64,000 nt of DNA from Tubulanus polymorphus (GCF_964204645.1 NC_134032.1:12760275-12824274), one strand, 5' to 3'. Positions 25,683 through 37,301 are shown, counted from the stretch's first letter. Program-made: numbers and translations. Notes: generated by a model from the letters alone, not told the origin.

Positions 25683-27350
25683 TGACCTGAAGGCAATTCC
25701 GATTTGATCGCCATCTATCGGAATTAAGCTGAACTGACTGGATTGCTCTTATTATCTCTGTCGGTCTTCTTTAGTGAACTACGAACTACGAACTACGAAC
25801 TACGAATATTTATTACACTCCAACCATTTCCATGGTATATGGAGGAAAAGAAACAGTATTTACAATTATTTACAAAAACAGTAGATAAAAGCACTTTGAA
25901 ACATAACAAACGTTATATACAACATACTATTTACACACACTACCGGAGGGATCTATATACATCCAGACCTAATTTGATAAATTTAGCAAGTTTAAAAGTT
26001 GGATTTTTTAAAACATCAAGATTCCGAAAGGTTTTTGAATTTAGGTAGCTTTCACGGAATACGGTAAGTAATTTACAGTCAAAAATGAAATGTAGTTCGT
26101 CGCCTAAAACGTTACAGGTGGGGCATAATCTATCGGTTCTCAGTAGATGGAGATTTGACAATTTATTTACAGGTAGGAGATAAGACCCAATCCTGAACTG
26201 GAATAAGCTGGTCACTAAGTCGTCATCAAGCCGATTTATATAGTTTTCAAATTTGATATCCTTCTTATATTGTCTAAAATTAATGTATAACGGGTTATTA
26301 TTTAGCCTAAATTCTGTCTCTTGCACATGCTGATCACGGAGTAAACGGTGTAATTGTTTTGGAGAAGTCCTAGAGTTTACCATAGATTGTTGTGTCCATA
26401 TATACGAAAGGCCACAGTCATCAAAAGTCTTCTTAATAAATAACAGCCAGGGGCTCTTAAACCTATCATTCAGATATAAATTATAAGATATCTTATAGAG
26501 AATTGAACTAAGTTTACTTTGTTTGCACTCTATCGTTTTGACCCAAAAATTAATCATTCTACGCTTTACGCTTATATACATAGGATAACGTCCTAACTCC
26601 GCTAATACTTGAAGGTTATGGGAATATTTTGTAACTTTCATGATAATTTTACAAAATAAAAAGTGGAGGTTTTCTAATAAGTCAAGGTTTTCATATCCCC
26701 AGACTTCGCAACCGTACAACGCGATAGGAGCGACGCACATGTCAAATAGTTTAAACATTACATCTACTGGAAGTTTCAAACGTCTGCCCTTTTGAATAAT
26801 AGAATACATAGCTTTCATAGCTTTATCATAGAGAAATTTTTTTGCTTTAGCGAAACTACGGTTCCAATTGAATTTCACTCCGAGATACACATAATCCTCA
26901 ACTAACTCTAACTCCTGATTACCGAACATGAATTTTGAAATACGCTTAATCCTACTTTTACTTCGAGCGAAGACTAATATTTTAGTTTTATCAACATTCA
27001 CCGTGAGGCCGTTGTCGGCGCAATATTCAAATAATGTATCTAAATGTGACTGGAGAGATTCCTCATCTTCAGCAAGAATGACTGTGTCATCCGCATAAAG
27101 GATAATGAATAAGCTAAGTAAAGTCCCTAGTTCTGTGACAATTCACATTAAGCTTTTCAATAGTGTTACGAAAACGCGCTCGCCATCTGGTGCATAGAAA
27201 CAAAACTACAGCCTAGCAACTAATAAAGCCACCAGATGGCGAGTGCGTTTTCGACACACTTAAGAAGATCGACCGAGATAATTAGAGCAATTCAGTCAGT
27301 TCAGTGAAATTCCAATAGATGGCGATCAAATCGGTATTTCCTTCAGATCA
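25683..27350. mobile_element. Palindromic foldback element interrupted by a LINE insertion
   Basis: 25683-25776 is the reverse complement of ~27256-27350, and 27161-27260 forms the hairpin centre (cgaaaacgcgctcgccatctggtg / caccagatggcgagtgcgttttcg). Confidence 0.85.
25777..27160 (-). mobile_element. 5'-truncated non-LTR retrotransposon (RT C-terminal half plus CCHC-type motif)
   Basis: The frame extends upstream of ORF 25940-27001 to ILYADDTVIL (~27086-27097). It contains LYGCEVWG, ELGRYP and CPTC...DELHFIFDC. The 3' end is AATAAA + (TTCGTAG)n, and tagtg is duplicated on both flanks. Confidence 0.93.
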
Positions 27351-27942
27351 CTATTGAATTTTGAATAAGCTATATTAGTTATTCTGGGATGTCCCGGGTT
27401 TGAATCTGATGATAAAACCCTGTTGTCCCCACAATGCAAGTCCAGTTGCGAAGGCAGGCAACTCAACATGAAAATATTTTTCAAAATACCAGTTGAATTA
27501 ACTCAAGTGTATTAATAATTTAGGCACAGAAAATTTAATGATAAATCAGTTTTTAATCAATTACAAAAACAGCATAATTCAATGTTTGTATCAATTTTAT
27601 CACAGTACATATCAATCGATGAAAAGAATACATTCATTAATTTGTGGAAAAATATATGATTTATATAAGAGACATTGATCTCTTCTCCGAGGTTGATCTT
27701 AGTTATTACTGAACCTTCGGGAAACTTTGGACTAGATAGATAAACACCAGATTATAAACTCAATAGAGTTGTTACTTATTATTCAGTAGAATACGAAACC
27801 TTATGAGTCACATTCAAAATCAGACTTTTGGGACACTGAAAGTTTGTCTGACTCGACAGATACGTGGGTTAGATGTAATATATTTCTTCAAGTGTCACGC
27901 AAATATTTCAAGAAACATTCGACTTAATCAGAGTCCAGCGAG

Positions 27943-29112
27943 TTAAGCTGACGGATTCATCACGTGACCCATGAACAGAATCGCGCCGGTTCGATTGTCC
28001 CGGATCAGAAACAAGAACGGATGATCGGCGATGAACTCTGGCGGGTCCTCTCGTTTCATCGGCGCGCAGCGTAACATCGCGACCATCGACGTGGCGGCGG
28101 CCGCTTCGCTTCCTTCCTCGTTCACGTCGATGAACGCTTTCGTCAACGCTTTCGATATGAACAACATGCGCGTGCCGTCCATCGCGGAGAGGTCGGCGTC
28201 CGTGTCTGAGAACAAATCTTTAATCCCCATCGCGGCGAGCACCTCATTCAAACTGAAACCCGCCTCGAATTTAAACTTCGGCAACACGACCTTCACCTTG
28301 ATCGGACGCCCCTCGGCGACGATCCCGGCGAGAAGGTCGGCGTCCAAACGCGTCTCGAGGTCGCGGAGCCCGTCGCGCTTATCGGGCAACGCGACGAACA
28401 TACTCAGTCGCTTTTCGACGTACGGAAGTTCGATCGTTTTGAAGCCGCGTTTTTTGTCGTGCGCGAAATTGAAGTTTTTCGACGTTTCGCGCATCATTTC
28501 GACTTCGACGGAATTTTTTCCGTCGACGTAGAATTTCCGGCGCTCGGTCAATTTTTTATCAAACTGACTCGCCCAGTTACCTTTGAAGTAAATCGCGTTC
28601 ACCAAAACCAATCTGGTCAGCGAGTTCAAAATTCCCGGCTGGATCAAATCTTTTATCTTATCGGCCGTCTGCTCTTCGACCCATCTGTTAATCTTCTGTC
28701 GACAGGCGTCGACGTCTGCGCCGAAGTCCATTCGCTCGATTTCCGATTTATAATGCGTTCGGACCGCGGCGAGGAACTCGTCTAGGAAACTATAGCTCTC
28801 GTGTCCGAACAGACGGTTCGCCGTGCGCAGGGTGTAATCGTTGGCGCCGGCGAATAAAACCTCGTTCATCGCGGCGAAAGCTTTGTGATAATCGGGGAAA
28901 TCTTTCAGATATGTCGCCGTGGCGATCTGATCAAATGTATCGCCGCGGCAACCGAGGTGCGTCATTGCCAACGCCACCGAAATACTGTACGGAGAGAAGA
29001 ATAGGTTTTTGTCGGATGTTTTCTCGCGGAGCCGATGGAATAAATCTAAACCGAATTTCGACGCGGCGTTGACGAGCGGCTGAAACTGCGTTAATTCGCA
29101 CGAAGTGGCCAT
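27943..29112 (-). CDS. Serpin, intracellular clade-B/leukocyte elastase inhibitor-like, single coding exon
   Basis: NLFFSPYSI, LVLVNAIYFKGNW, hinge EEGSEAAAAT, FIADHPFLFLI. ATG at 29112; splice acceptor at 29169-29170; probable 5'UTR exon donor near 29717. Confidence 0.95.
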   Translation of the reverse strand: MATSCELTQFQPLVNAASKFGLDLFHRLREKTSDKNLFFSPYSISVALAMTHLGCRGDTFDQIATATYLKDFPDYHKAFAAMNEVLFAGANDYTLRTANRLFGHESYSFLDEFLAAVRTHYKSEIERMDFGADVDACRQKINRWVEEQTADKIKDLIQPGILNSLTRLVLVNAIYFKGNWASQFDKKLTERRKFYVDGKNSVEVEMMRETSKNFNFAHDKKRGFKTIELPYVEKRLSMFVALPDKRDGLRDLETRLDADLLAGIVAEGRPIKVKVVLPKFKFEAGFSLNEVLAAMGIKDLFSDTDADLSAMDGTRMLFISKALTKAFIDVNEEGSEAAAATSMVAMLRCAPMKREDPPEFIADHPFLFLIRDNRTGAILFMGHVMNPSA

Positions 29113-29411
29113 TTTGAATCTTATTAGTAGATGAAATATTAAAGTCGTCAACGATACTAAGAAAAGACCTGCAAAATAAAAAAACACGATTTAAATGTTT
29201 TGTCAAATTTATTGCATTATTGAACCGATAAGGCGATATTATTCACTAAAACCCTCTCTCAAGTTCAAAATTAGCTACGTTGCATGGCCAATATTTGGCG
29301 TCTAGGGCAACGGAATGAGAGAGAGCGAGTTGGAACTTGGAAGAGGAGTTTTTTACCTGTCTTAACTCCTCGACAGATCCAGATGTTTCCCCAAATGGTC
29401 CCACTTTTCAA

Positions 29412-29680
29412 ATTCTACCCCATTATAGAACGATGACCACACTCAAACGTGGTGAACGGATAATAAGATAAAATCCCACTATTTACAGATTAAAAGAATT
29501 TAAAAACCAGAATTTATTTATTAAATCTAAAATATTTAAAAGACACAACGTTGACGATGATCTCTAGGGTGAGATCGTAACGTCGTGTCTTTCAAATATT
29601 TTAGATATAATAAATAAATTCTGGTTTTTAAATTCTTTTAATCTGTAAATAGTGGGATTTTATCTTATTCTACCCCATTA
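29412..29680 (+). mobile_element. Palindromic element with degenerate hammerhead core at the apex and a 14-bp TSD (Penelope-like end)
   Basis: Arms 29462-29546 / 29585-29669; centre TTGACGA-T-GATCTC-tagggt-GAGATC-GTAA-CGTC; attctaccccatta at 29412-29425 and 29667-29680. Confidence 0.75.
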
Positions 29681-29854
29681 ATTAACGAACAAATACGGAT
29701 CTTTCCTCGTCAACTTACGGTAATTGGAACAGTTAGGATTGAAAATGATGGTGAAAATCGCGTCGCTTTGGACCGAATTTGTTTGTTTCTGACACTGCGA
29801 TTTAGTTGATGTTGAAAATCCGCCCCATAAACCAGGATCCGGAAGTAGTTCAGA

Positions 29855-30290
29855 ATTGAAAATTCAAAATAACTTTATTACACAAAGCATATCATCGGTT
29901 TAGGGTAATTAAGTACAGGACAGCAACTAAAGAATACAAATTGTACATATAGAATACAGGGTAACACAATAAGAGGAGGTACGATACAAACTCAGAAATG
30001 CTTTTCGGATCCTCGACTACCGCAATAGGTCACGGAGTCGTCCTAATACTGTGTTACTCCAGAGACCACCATCGTCCAGATTCGTTGAACCACACATTGT
30101 ACTAGCTTTTGGGCAACTGAATAACTCATACACTCTGACACTCTGAGAATGCGGATGAAATCTTACGATTCATATTGACAATCAAACGCCAGTTGGCCCC
30201 CCGACCTTCGAGTGTTGAGCCGGGACCTCCTCCGGATGGGCACACGACCTAGCACGCAAACATTCGCCAAAGTATTCCATTAGTTCATTA
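29855..30290 (-). mobile_element. Possible 3' end of another LINE
   Basis: Short ORF tail (NELMEYFGECLRAR...*), a 3'UTR-like stretch, then AATAAA followed by ttgaat-type repeats. Confidence 0.3.
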
Positions 30291-30418
30291 ACGTCAGCGT
30301 CGCTCCATCTCTGCCGTTTTCTTAACGTTTTTTTATGTTTCATTTACTGTTCTAAAGCCTGCTCATGGTTGTCCGATCCTATTTTATTAAAGATACACAC
30401 TATCCGTGTATGATGATG

Positions 30419-30595
30419 ACGAGAGAAATCCCACAATAACGAAGCCAAGATTGAAAAATCCTATATCAGAATGATTATATTTGAGTACGCCTGATGATGG
30501 CTAACAGTTGTTAGCCGAAACGTCGCTCCTCAACTATAATCATTCCGATATAGGATTTTTCAATCTTGGCTTCATTATTGTGGGATTTCTCTCGT
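30419..30595 (+). ncRNA. Minimal hammerhead ribozyme motif at the apex of a ~70-bp inverted repeat (Penelope-like)
   Basis: CTGATGA (30491-30497), extra T, stem II GGCTAAC/GTTAGCC, GAAA (30517-30520), CG, TC. Predicted cleavage after C30524. Arms 30419-30490 / 30525-30595. Confidence 0.75.
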
Positions 30596-31275
30596 TAAGA
30601 TCAAGAAGCCTGATCAAATCATATTTCATCTTTAGTCATTTAATCATTTGAATTCAAATGATTACTCCGAGATATAGGTCGAGTGATTCACGTTAGCCGG
30701 GATTACACGAATGTTTTTGACCCTACCCAAATTCGGCCCGGAACAACTATTCACACGGGCGCCAATGTGCCCGTGCTTTGGTCATCAGCCAAATTTTAGC
30801 ACGAGCAAAATTTTATTGCACGGCTTAATGAGCGCAACTGGTACCGGAAATGACTAACATCGCTTTGTTTTATCAAACATCCCGTTTTCCTCTATACACC
30901 ACCGTGACTGTCCAGCGTATGGTCTCTGGACAAATTTAGTGTTAAATGGTGATAAACTGTCCTCACAAATGTATCGGATTTTACATAGTAGGTCCCTTGG
31001 AAACGGTTTCGTATACCATGGGGTTTTGTAAAATCCTTAGACACAAATCGCTTTGGGCATTACTGGTACAACAATATAATTGAGAAGCCGACCTTTATCA
31101 AACGGGCCCTAAGAGAGAACGAATGCAAGATCAGTAGACGATTGGTTTGCAGCTCCAATTCAATATTTATTTCACGGAATAGCAGAACAATGAAGTCCAG
31201 AAAAAAATGAACAAATAAATAAATTTACAAATATTCGCAGAGGCCCGACCTGGCATAGATACGAGCAACCATATG

Positions 31276-32637
31276 TTATATATTTCGAACAGCAAGAGCA
31301 GTAAAAGAGTATAAGAAATGTGCTACACCTAAAGCTATGAATATTGCCGAGTAGCCTATGAAAGGTTCTACAGCGCCAGCTGCGAGAATGAATATGATTA
31401 CAATCACACGCGATACCAATCCATCTATTGCATATATAGTCTCATAATTGCCGTTGAATTTCGTATCGGTGATATCAGTGAGCCACGAAAAACTAAAACT
31501 GGTTATCAGTCCAAACGATAGTTTACAGATTATATCGGAACCGAACGCTTGCCAGACGTTTGTAATGAACGGATATGAAACGAATGAAATTGTCGTCATT
31601 ATGCAATAAACGATGAAATAAATCCAACGATGTTTCCTAGTTTTCGCCACCAGTAACCCAAATGTAATTGTGCTCAGGAATAGAACTGTCGACGATACCA
31701 ATATCACTGATGATATTTGCCACTGTTGTGCACCCTTAGAGACCTGTTCGATCAATAAAGGCATATACATATATCGTATATTGATAGAGATGTTATAAAG
31801 GCATTTCAGCCCGATTATCACCATCGTTTGGCCGTCTGTCAACATTGATTTTACAAGATTCATTTGGATAGGTTTCTCTTCAGATTTCCCCGAACTGGCA
31901 TTTTCTATCTCAACGAATGCACGAGTTACGCTCGTTATTACAAGGGCGGAGAAAAGAACCCAAAATGGCATCGCATATCCAACAAATTCGATCTCGTACA
32001 AACTAGTAGCATAACCATAAGCACCAGCGGTGTATGCAACACCGTACACTGCAGCTAAAGCTATAACTCGGTTGGCTTCGTTTTTAGACTCAATTGTCAC
32101 CATAGTGGATCCTGCAACCTTCAGAAACGTAACGGCAAGCCCGACGAGGAAATTCAGAATCAGCAATATCCACCAGATCGACACGAAAGCGGAGATCAAA
32201 ATAGTAACGAGTCCAAGGATCAGCCCAAACCAGAACGGGTATAGGTGACCATATTTGAATGTTAGTTTACCACACGATATATATGCAATCAGCATCCCAA
32301 CATCGTACGTGGCTTTGGTGATGGCCACCTTTCCAGCAATATGACTATCAGCAAGCAATGAACTATTGCGGAATCCACCTTGAAGATCGCTGACTACGGC
32401 AATTAATGCTCCTGATGACATTTTGACAATAAGACCTGATAGACATACGATACCAACGATAACTATAAGGTTTGCACGACAGCGGATTTGACAAAAATGT
32501 CCTTCTGGTGATGGCTGCTGCTGCCGCCGCTGCTGCTGCTGCTGTGTCTCAGATAAAGTTCCGTAATTGTCATTTACATTCGTGTCGTCGTCAAACAAAC
32601 TTCCTTTCATTTCAATTTCTTCAAGTTTCATCTTCAT
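31276..32637 (-). CDS. Intronless MFS transporter, divergent SLC18 (VMAT/VAChT)-like
   Basis: 453 aa with ~12 hydrophobic segments. SLYEIEFVGYAMPFWVL and NYETIYAID...GAVEPFIGY resemble VMAT LYEFVGKTAPFLVL and VYGSVYAIAD...GAIAKAIGF. Confidence 0.8.
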   Translation of the reverse strand: MKMKLEEIEMKGSLFDDDTNVNDNYGTLSETQQQQQRRQQQPSPEGHFCQIRCRANLIVIVGIVCLSGLIVKMSSGALIAVVSDLQGGFRNSSLLADSHIAGKVAITKATYDVGMLIAYISCGKLTFKYGHLYPFWFGLILGLVTILISAFVSIWWILLILNFLVGLAVTFLKVAGSTMVTIESKNEANRVIALAAVYGVAYTAGAYGYATSLYEIEFVGYAMPFWVLFSALVITSVTRAFVEIENASSGKSEEKPIQMNLVKSMLTDGQTMVIIGLKCLYNISINIRYMYMPLLIEQVSKGAQQWQISSVILVSSTVLFLSTITFGLLVAKTRKHRWIYFIVYCIMTTISFVSYPFITNVWQAFGSDIICKLSFGLITSFSFSWLTDITDTKFNGNYETIYAIDGLVSRVIVIIFILAAGAVEPFIGYSAIFIALGVAHFLYSFTALAVRNI

Positions 32638-33224
32638 ACTTGTCTTTTAAAACGCTAAAATCATTCAATCTAGCAATATAGAAATGTCGATCTTATCTGC
32701 AGAAAACTGTGCCGAATTCGAACCAAGAAAACGGATGGACAAATTTTAGACTTCAGCTGACAAGAAACAGATTAACCTGCTAACAAAACAATTATGATTC
32801 GAGGGAACGAATTATGTATGACCTGGTCATGGTAATGAATCTTTTATTATGTTAAATTGTTATAGTATACGCTATATTGTTTATGCTTGTATATGGATTT
32901 AAAAGTCCATAAGAGTTTATTACTTTTGGCAATAAATACAAGTAATAATAGTTATTCGAATTGACCAGCGATAACGTACGGGTCACCTATAAATAACTTA
33001 GGGTGTTACGACTTGTGCATTCGAACGTGTCAATGTCATCCAGGTACAAACTTGGTACAAGTACATTGTTGAATCTAAAGGTTCGCGGAAATGTCTGGAT
33101 CTATGGGTCAATTTAAAGTCTTTATTTTTTAAGGATTTCCCTTTAGCCGAAGCGTAAGTGCGCCGCGCACTTTTCAGCTCGTGTGCGGGGGTTTTATCAA
33201 TCAACGCCCTTGTAAATGCCGAAG

Positions 33225-33522
<298 letters not shown>

Positions 33523-34148
33523 TGAATTATCAAATTACTGTAGATAGAACCGATCAAGACTGTACATGTATCATAGTTTTAATCAAACCTGCGTACCTGT
33601 GCCGCTTTCTTACTGATGGTCACCGTGCATAGCACTGTCGTTGACCGTGACGCATACACGGACCTAACTATGCACTGTATATTAGAAACACAAAACTGCG
33701 CGGTAGAAGTTTTGATTTGGAGCTCTCCAAAAAAAGTAGAAATCCATTCCGACTACAAAAAGCAAAACTGCCAAAGGTGAGCCAATCGAATTTACAACGC
33801 AGAAATCTGCACAAATCACATAAAAGAAGCAACGGGTTCACTAGTAAGTAAGGATCAGTTGTTCCATTTCAAAATTACATCATCACGAATGAATATGGGA
33901 ACCGAGAATTTTAAAGCAAGAAGTTTTGATCTCAAAACCATAACTGCCGTCATCGCAAGCCTAATGAGTCACCGCTACCACTACTGTGGCAAGGTTCGCT
34001 AGTAGTTACTCGGTTATCCGCATTTCAATCAAAATCGAATCAATTTTTTAATTTTTTATTTTCTTAAAATTTTTTCTTGAATGATATGGTTGCCTTACTT
34101 TTTGTCGTACAGTTACTCGAAACAACGTTAAGAGAGCCAACGAAAATC

Positions 34149-36234
34149 ATGGCCGAAGTTTGCGCTAAACATAAACTTCAACCAAGGGGTTACAAACTTT
34201 CATAGGCTAAGAAAGACATAAAAAATGTGAATTGTTCATCTTAAGCTTCTCATTTTTTCTTACTTCATATTCTTTAATGAGGTATACATGGTGAACATAC
34301 TGTCAGCGCTGGAAGTATTTATACTATTAGTAATAATTGTAGATTGGGACTGTCTGAAATCGAAGCTGTCACCGAAATGGCTGAAGGCGTCAAAGCCATC
34401 ATCGCCAAAGAAAAAGAAATGGTAATTGTTGCGATGAATGTCGATAAACTGGGATTTTTTTCATAGTTTCCAACAATCTTTATTTTGACATTCACAGGAA
34501 AGTAATTGGCAATATCCAGGTAGCATCGAAGATATGTACTCGTTGCTTGCAGAATCCAACTCGAAATCATTGTTGAAGAAATACCTGACACAAGAGGTAT
34601 TTGAAAATCTCAAAGATAAGAAAACTAAGCTTGGTGGAACATTGGCGCATTGCATCAATTTAGGTAAACATTCATCATTTAAAAGTAAAGGGAAATGTTT
34701 CGAAGTCGTGAGCAGCTTTTTATTTTTTTCTAATATTCGTTATGTTCATCAAATCTAGGTGTTGTTCACTTGGAGAGCCGTAATGGCATTCGTGCCTGTG
34801 ATCCGGAAGGATACGAAACGTTCAAAGATATTCTGGATCCAATTATCAAAGAATATCACATGTTCAAGAATTCTGAAATCAATCACCCGGATCCGGATTT
34901 CGGAAACTTGGAAGCTCTTCCATTTGGTGATGTTGACCCAGATGGTAGATATGTTGTTTCAACACGGGTTCGTGTTGGTCGCAGTGCAGACGGTATTCCA
35001 TTTGCTCCGTCTATCAGTGAAACGGTAAGTCCTGCTATTCTAGTAACGGCGGTATTTCATTATCATTGTAATAGGATACTGTATATTGGAAGAATCCAAT
35101 GCAATTTCAACGAGTCAATTCAATCATTGTAGCAACGGGCCAAAGTTGAAAGCAAAATCATGAAAGCTTTCGAATCCCTTCAAAGCGATAAGGAATACCA
35201 GGGTACCTATTACCAGTTGCCAAAACTGACTCATCAAGAGGCTGACCAACTGAGGATGGATCATTTCCTATTCAGCGAAACTGATGAGTAAGTAGATTTG
35301 TAATTAGGATCATACGTCAACTTTGTACAGCTGCTCTAAACAACTGATTTGAATTTGGATTCCTTTGGCAAATTACATTTTCTTATATTCTTATTCATTC
35401 GTAAACGAATTACTTTCAGAATATCTCGATCTACAGGTGTCTATCGCGACTGGAGTAAAAATCGTGGAATCTACTGCGGTAACGACAAAAAATTCCTCGT
35501 ATGGGTAAATGAAGAAGATCACTATCGTTTCATATCCATGCAGAAAGGAGGTGACCTCGCCCAAGTGTATCGCAGATTAGTGAAAGTATGTATGGTATCT
35601 GATCCTCCTAGAATCCCTACTATAATAGGGAATCAATGATCAACGGTTGATCATGCTTCAATTTCATTTAATTTCAAGGCTGTTAAAAAGGTGAAGCAAC
35701 AGGTTAAGTTCGCGCACAGTAAACGCTATGGTTACCTTACCTTTTGTCCTACAAATCTCGGAACAACGTTAAGAGCCAGTGTACACTTGAAGATACCAAA
35801 GCTTTCAGCGAACAAGACAATGATGGCCGAAGCTCTTGCTAAACATAAACTTCAGTCGCGAGGTAAATGAGTTGTAGGAGTCTCCTTAAAATCAGTCCAA
35901 ACTACTCTACTTTTATTTCTTCGCGATGGTGGGATTCTGTGCGATGTTAACCGCGGCACTAGTTTCAATTGTCTTCATTTTACCTGCTTTAGGAACATAT
36001 GGTTATAATACTGAGAGCGTTGGAGGTGTTTATGATATAAGTAATAAACGCAGATTGGGACTGTCTGAAATAGAAGCTGTCACAGAAATGGCTGACGGCG
36101 TTAAAGCCATCATCGCAATGGAAAAAGAACTGGAAGAAAAGGAGAGCAGTAAGAAATGGAAAATCGAATCGTCATTGCATTCCAATCACTTTACCGCCCC
36201 CTCCTCAGGGGACCAGCAAATCTGTTCGTTATGA
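34149..36234 (+). CDS. Phosphagen (arginine kinase-lineage) kinase: one complete domain preceded by the C-terminal remnant of another
   Basis: Remnant exons 34149-34188 and 34282-34421 (GIHGEHT...RLGLSEIEA). Full domain exons 34498-34663, 34759-35024, 35133-35287, 35420-35586, 35679-35862, 35993-36234, containing [33 protein letters not shown] and DISNKRRLG. The true start is uncertain. Confidence 0.85.
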
Positions 36235-36629
36235 AAGTAAAGATACAAATGTTAAGGTTCATTCGATGAAAGTACCATCGTCGTACCATCCTCGCTGTGT
36301 ATACCAACCTAGCTGACTTGCTCTTACATTTTATTGTTATTATAACTATCATATCATTATTATCATTATTATCATCATCATCATCAATCATTAAAATTTG
36401 TTGGTCCAAACTCGAGCGTTTTATACATGAGGCAAATGCGAATATATTCACCCGCCGCGTGTTTTTGATCTGTGAATTTAGTAGGCTCATGTACCTCACG
36501 CCTTCGATCATGAGTACCGTCGCTGACTCTTATAGAATATTTAAAACGGTATGTTGGTTTTGAAAAATATTTAACTGATCTTCCTTTTATTCAAGAAAAT
36601 CATTTTGCGGGTTTCGTAAATGATTGAAG

Positions 36630-36715
36630 TCTGTATTTGAACTGGACATCTTGTCTGCCGAATTGCTGAGCGATCAAACCCGTAGAAAATAGACCTGTCC
36701 CTCAGCCAGATTCTA
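36630..36715 (-). pseudogene. Degenerate fragment of the neighbouring class-A GPCR family; shorter copy at ~40620-40655
   Basis: Translates to GLFSTGLIAQQFGRQDVQFK versus LIFSTVLISIQFARRDVQFK in the intact genes. Confidence 0.6.
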
Positions 36716-37301
36716 GTACGGGACAAATGATTGCTTCGCTTTGTTTAAGCATTGTATTTATAAACTTGAACTTGAACTTGAATAATAACAAAAATTTATT
36801 TTCTTATAGCGCCGTAATAATGGAATTTAATCACGGCGCTTATTTATTGCGCCGTACATTTAGACATGTGATACCGGGTTACAGCTCAGATGTATGAAAA
36901 TCGATTGAACGGACTCTTAAGCCTGATCCGTGCCAATTCATTCGACCCGGACCAAATCGTCTCCGTGCGTGTGCAGTATAGAACTCGATACCTCGTTCCG
37001 GGTCTTTTGCTGTATGGTTAATTTGGGTTAATTTTTATTTTTATCACATATACACTTTCGTATTAGTCGCTGATACTGTTGTTTCGTTGCTCCAATATCG
37101 TGTAAGGTTTGTGAGGTTTCGAACCAACCTCGATATATCCGATACGGAGACGTTTCATTCTGACAAATGGTTCGCAAAACGAGCCACCGCACTTCGCGAA
37201 ATATTTTCAACGTAAAATTCCGTCACTGATATGAGATAGATTTTCTACACATACCGTGGATCGTTTTGAATCAGGTTCGAATCCCAACTACTTGAATATT
37301 C

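Noticed and set aside
28031-28785. Plus-strand ORFs of 166 and 108 aa
   Set aside because: Antisense shadows of the GC-rich serpin CDS.
29113-29187. Hydrophobic N-terminal extension of the serpin ORF as a signal peptide
   Set aside because: Starts at GTG inside a polypyrimidine/acceptor tract, and no upstream in-frame ATG exon was found.
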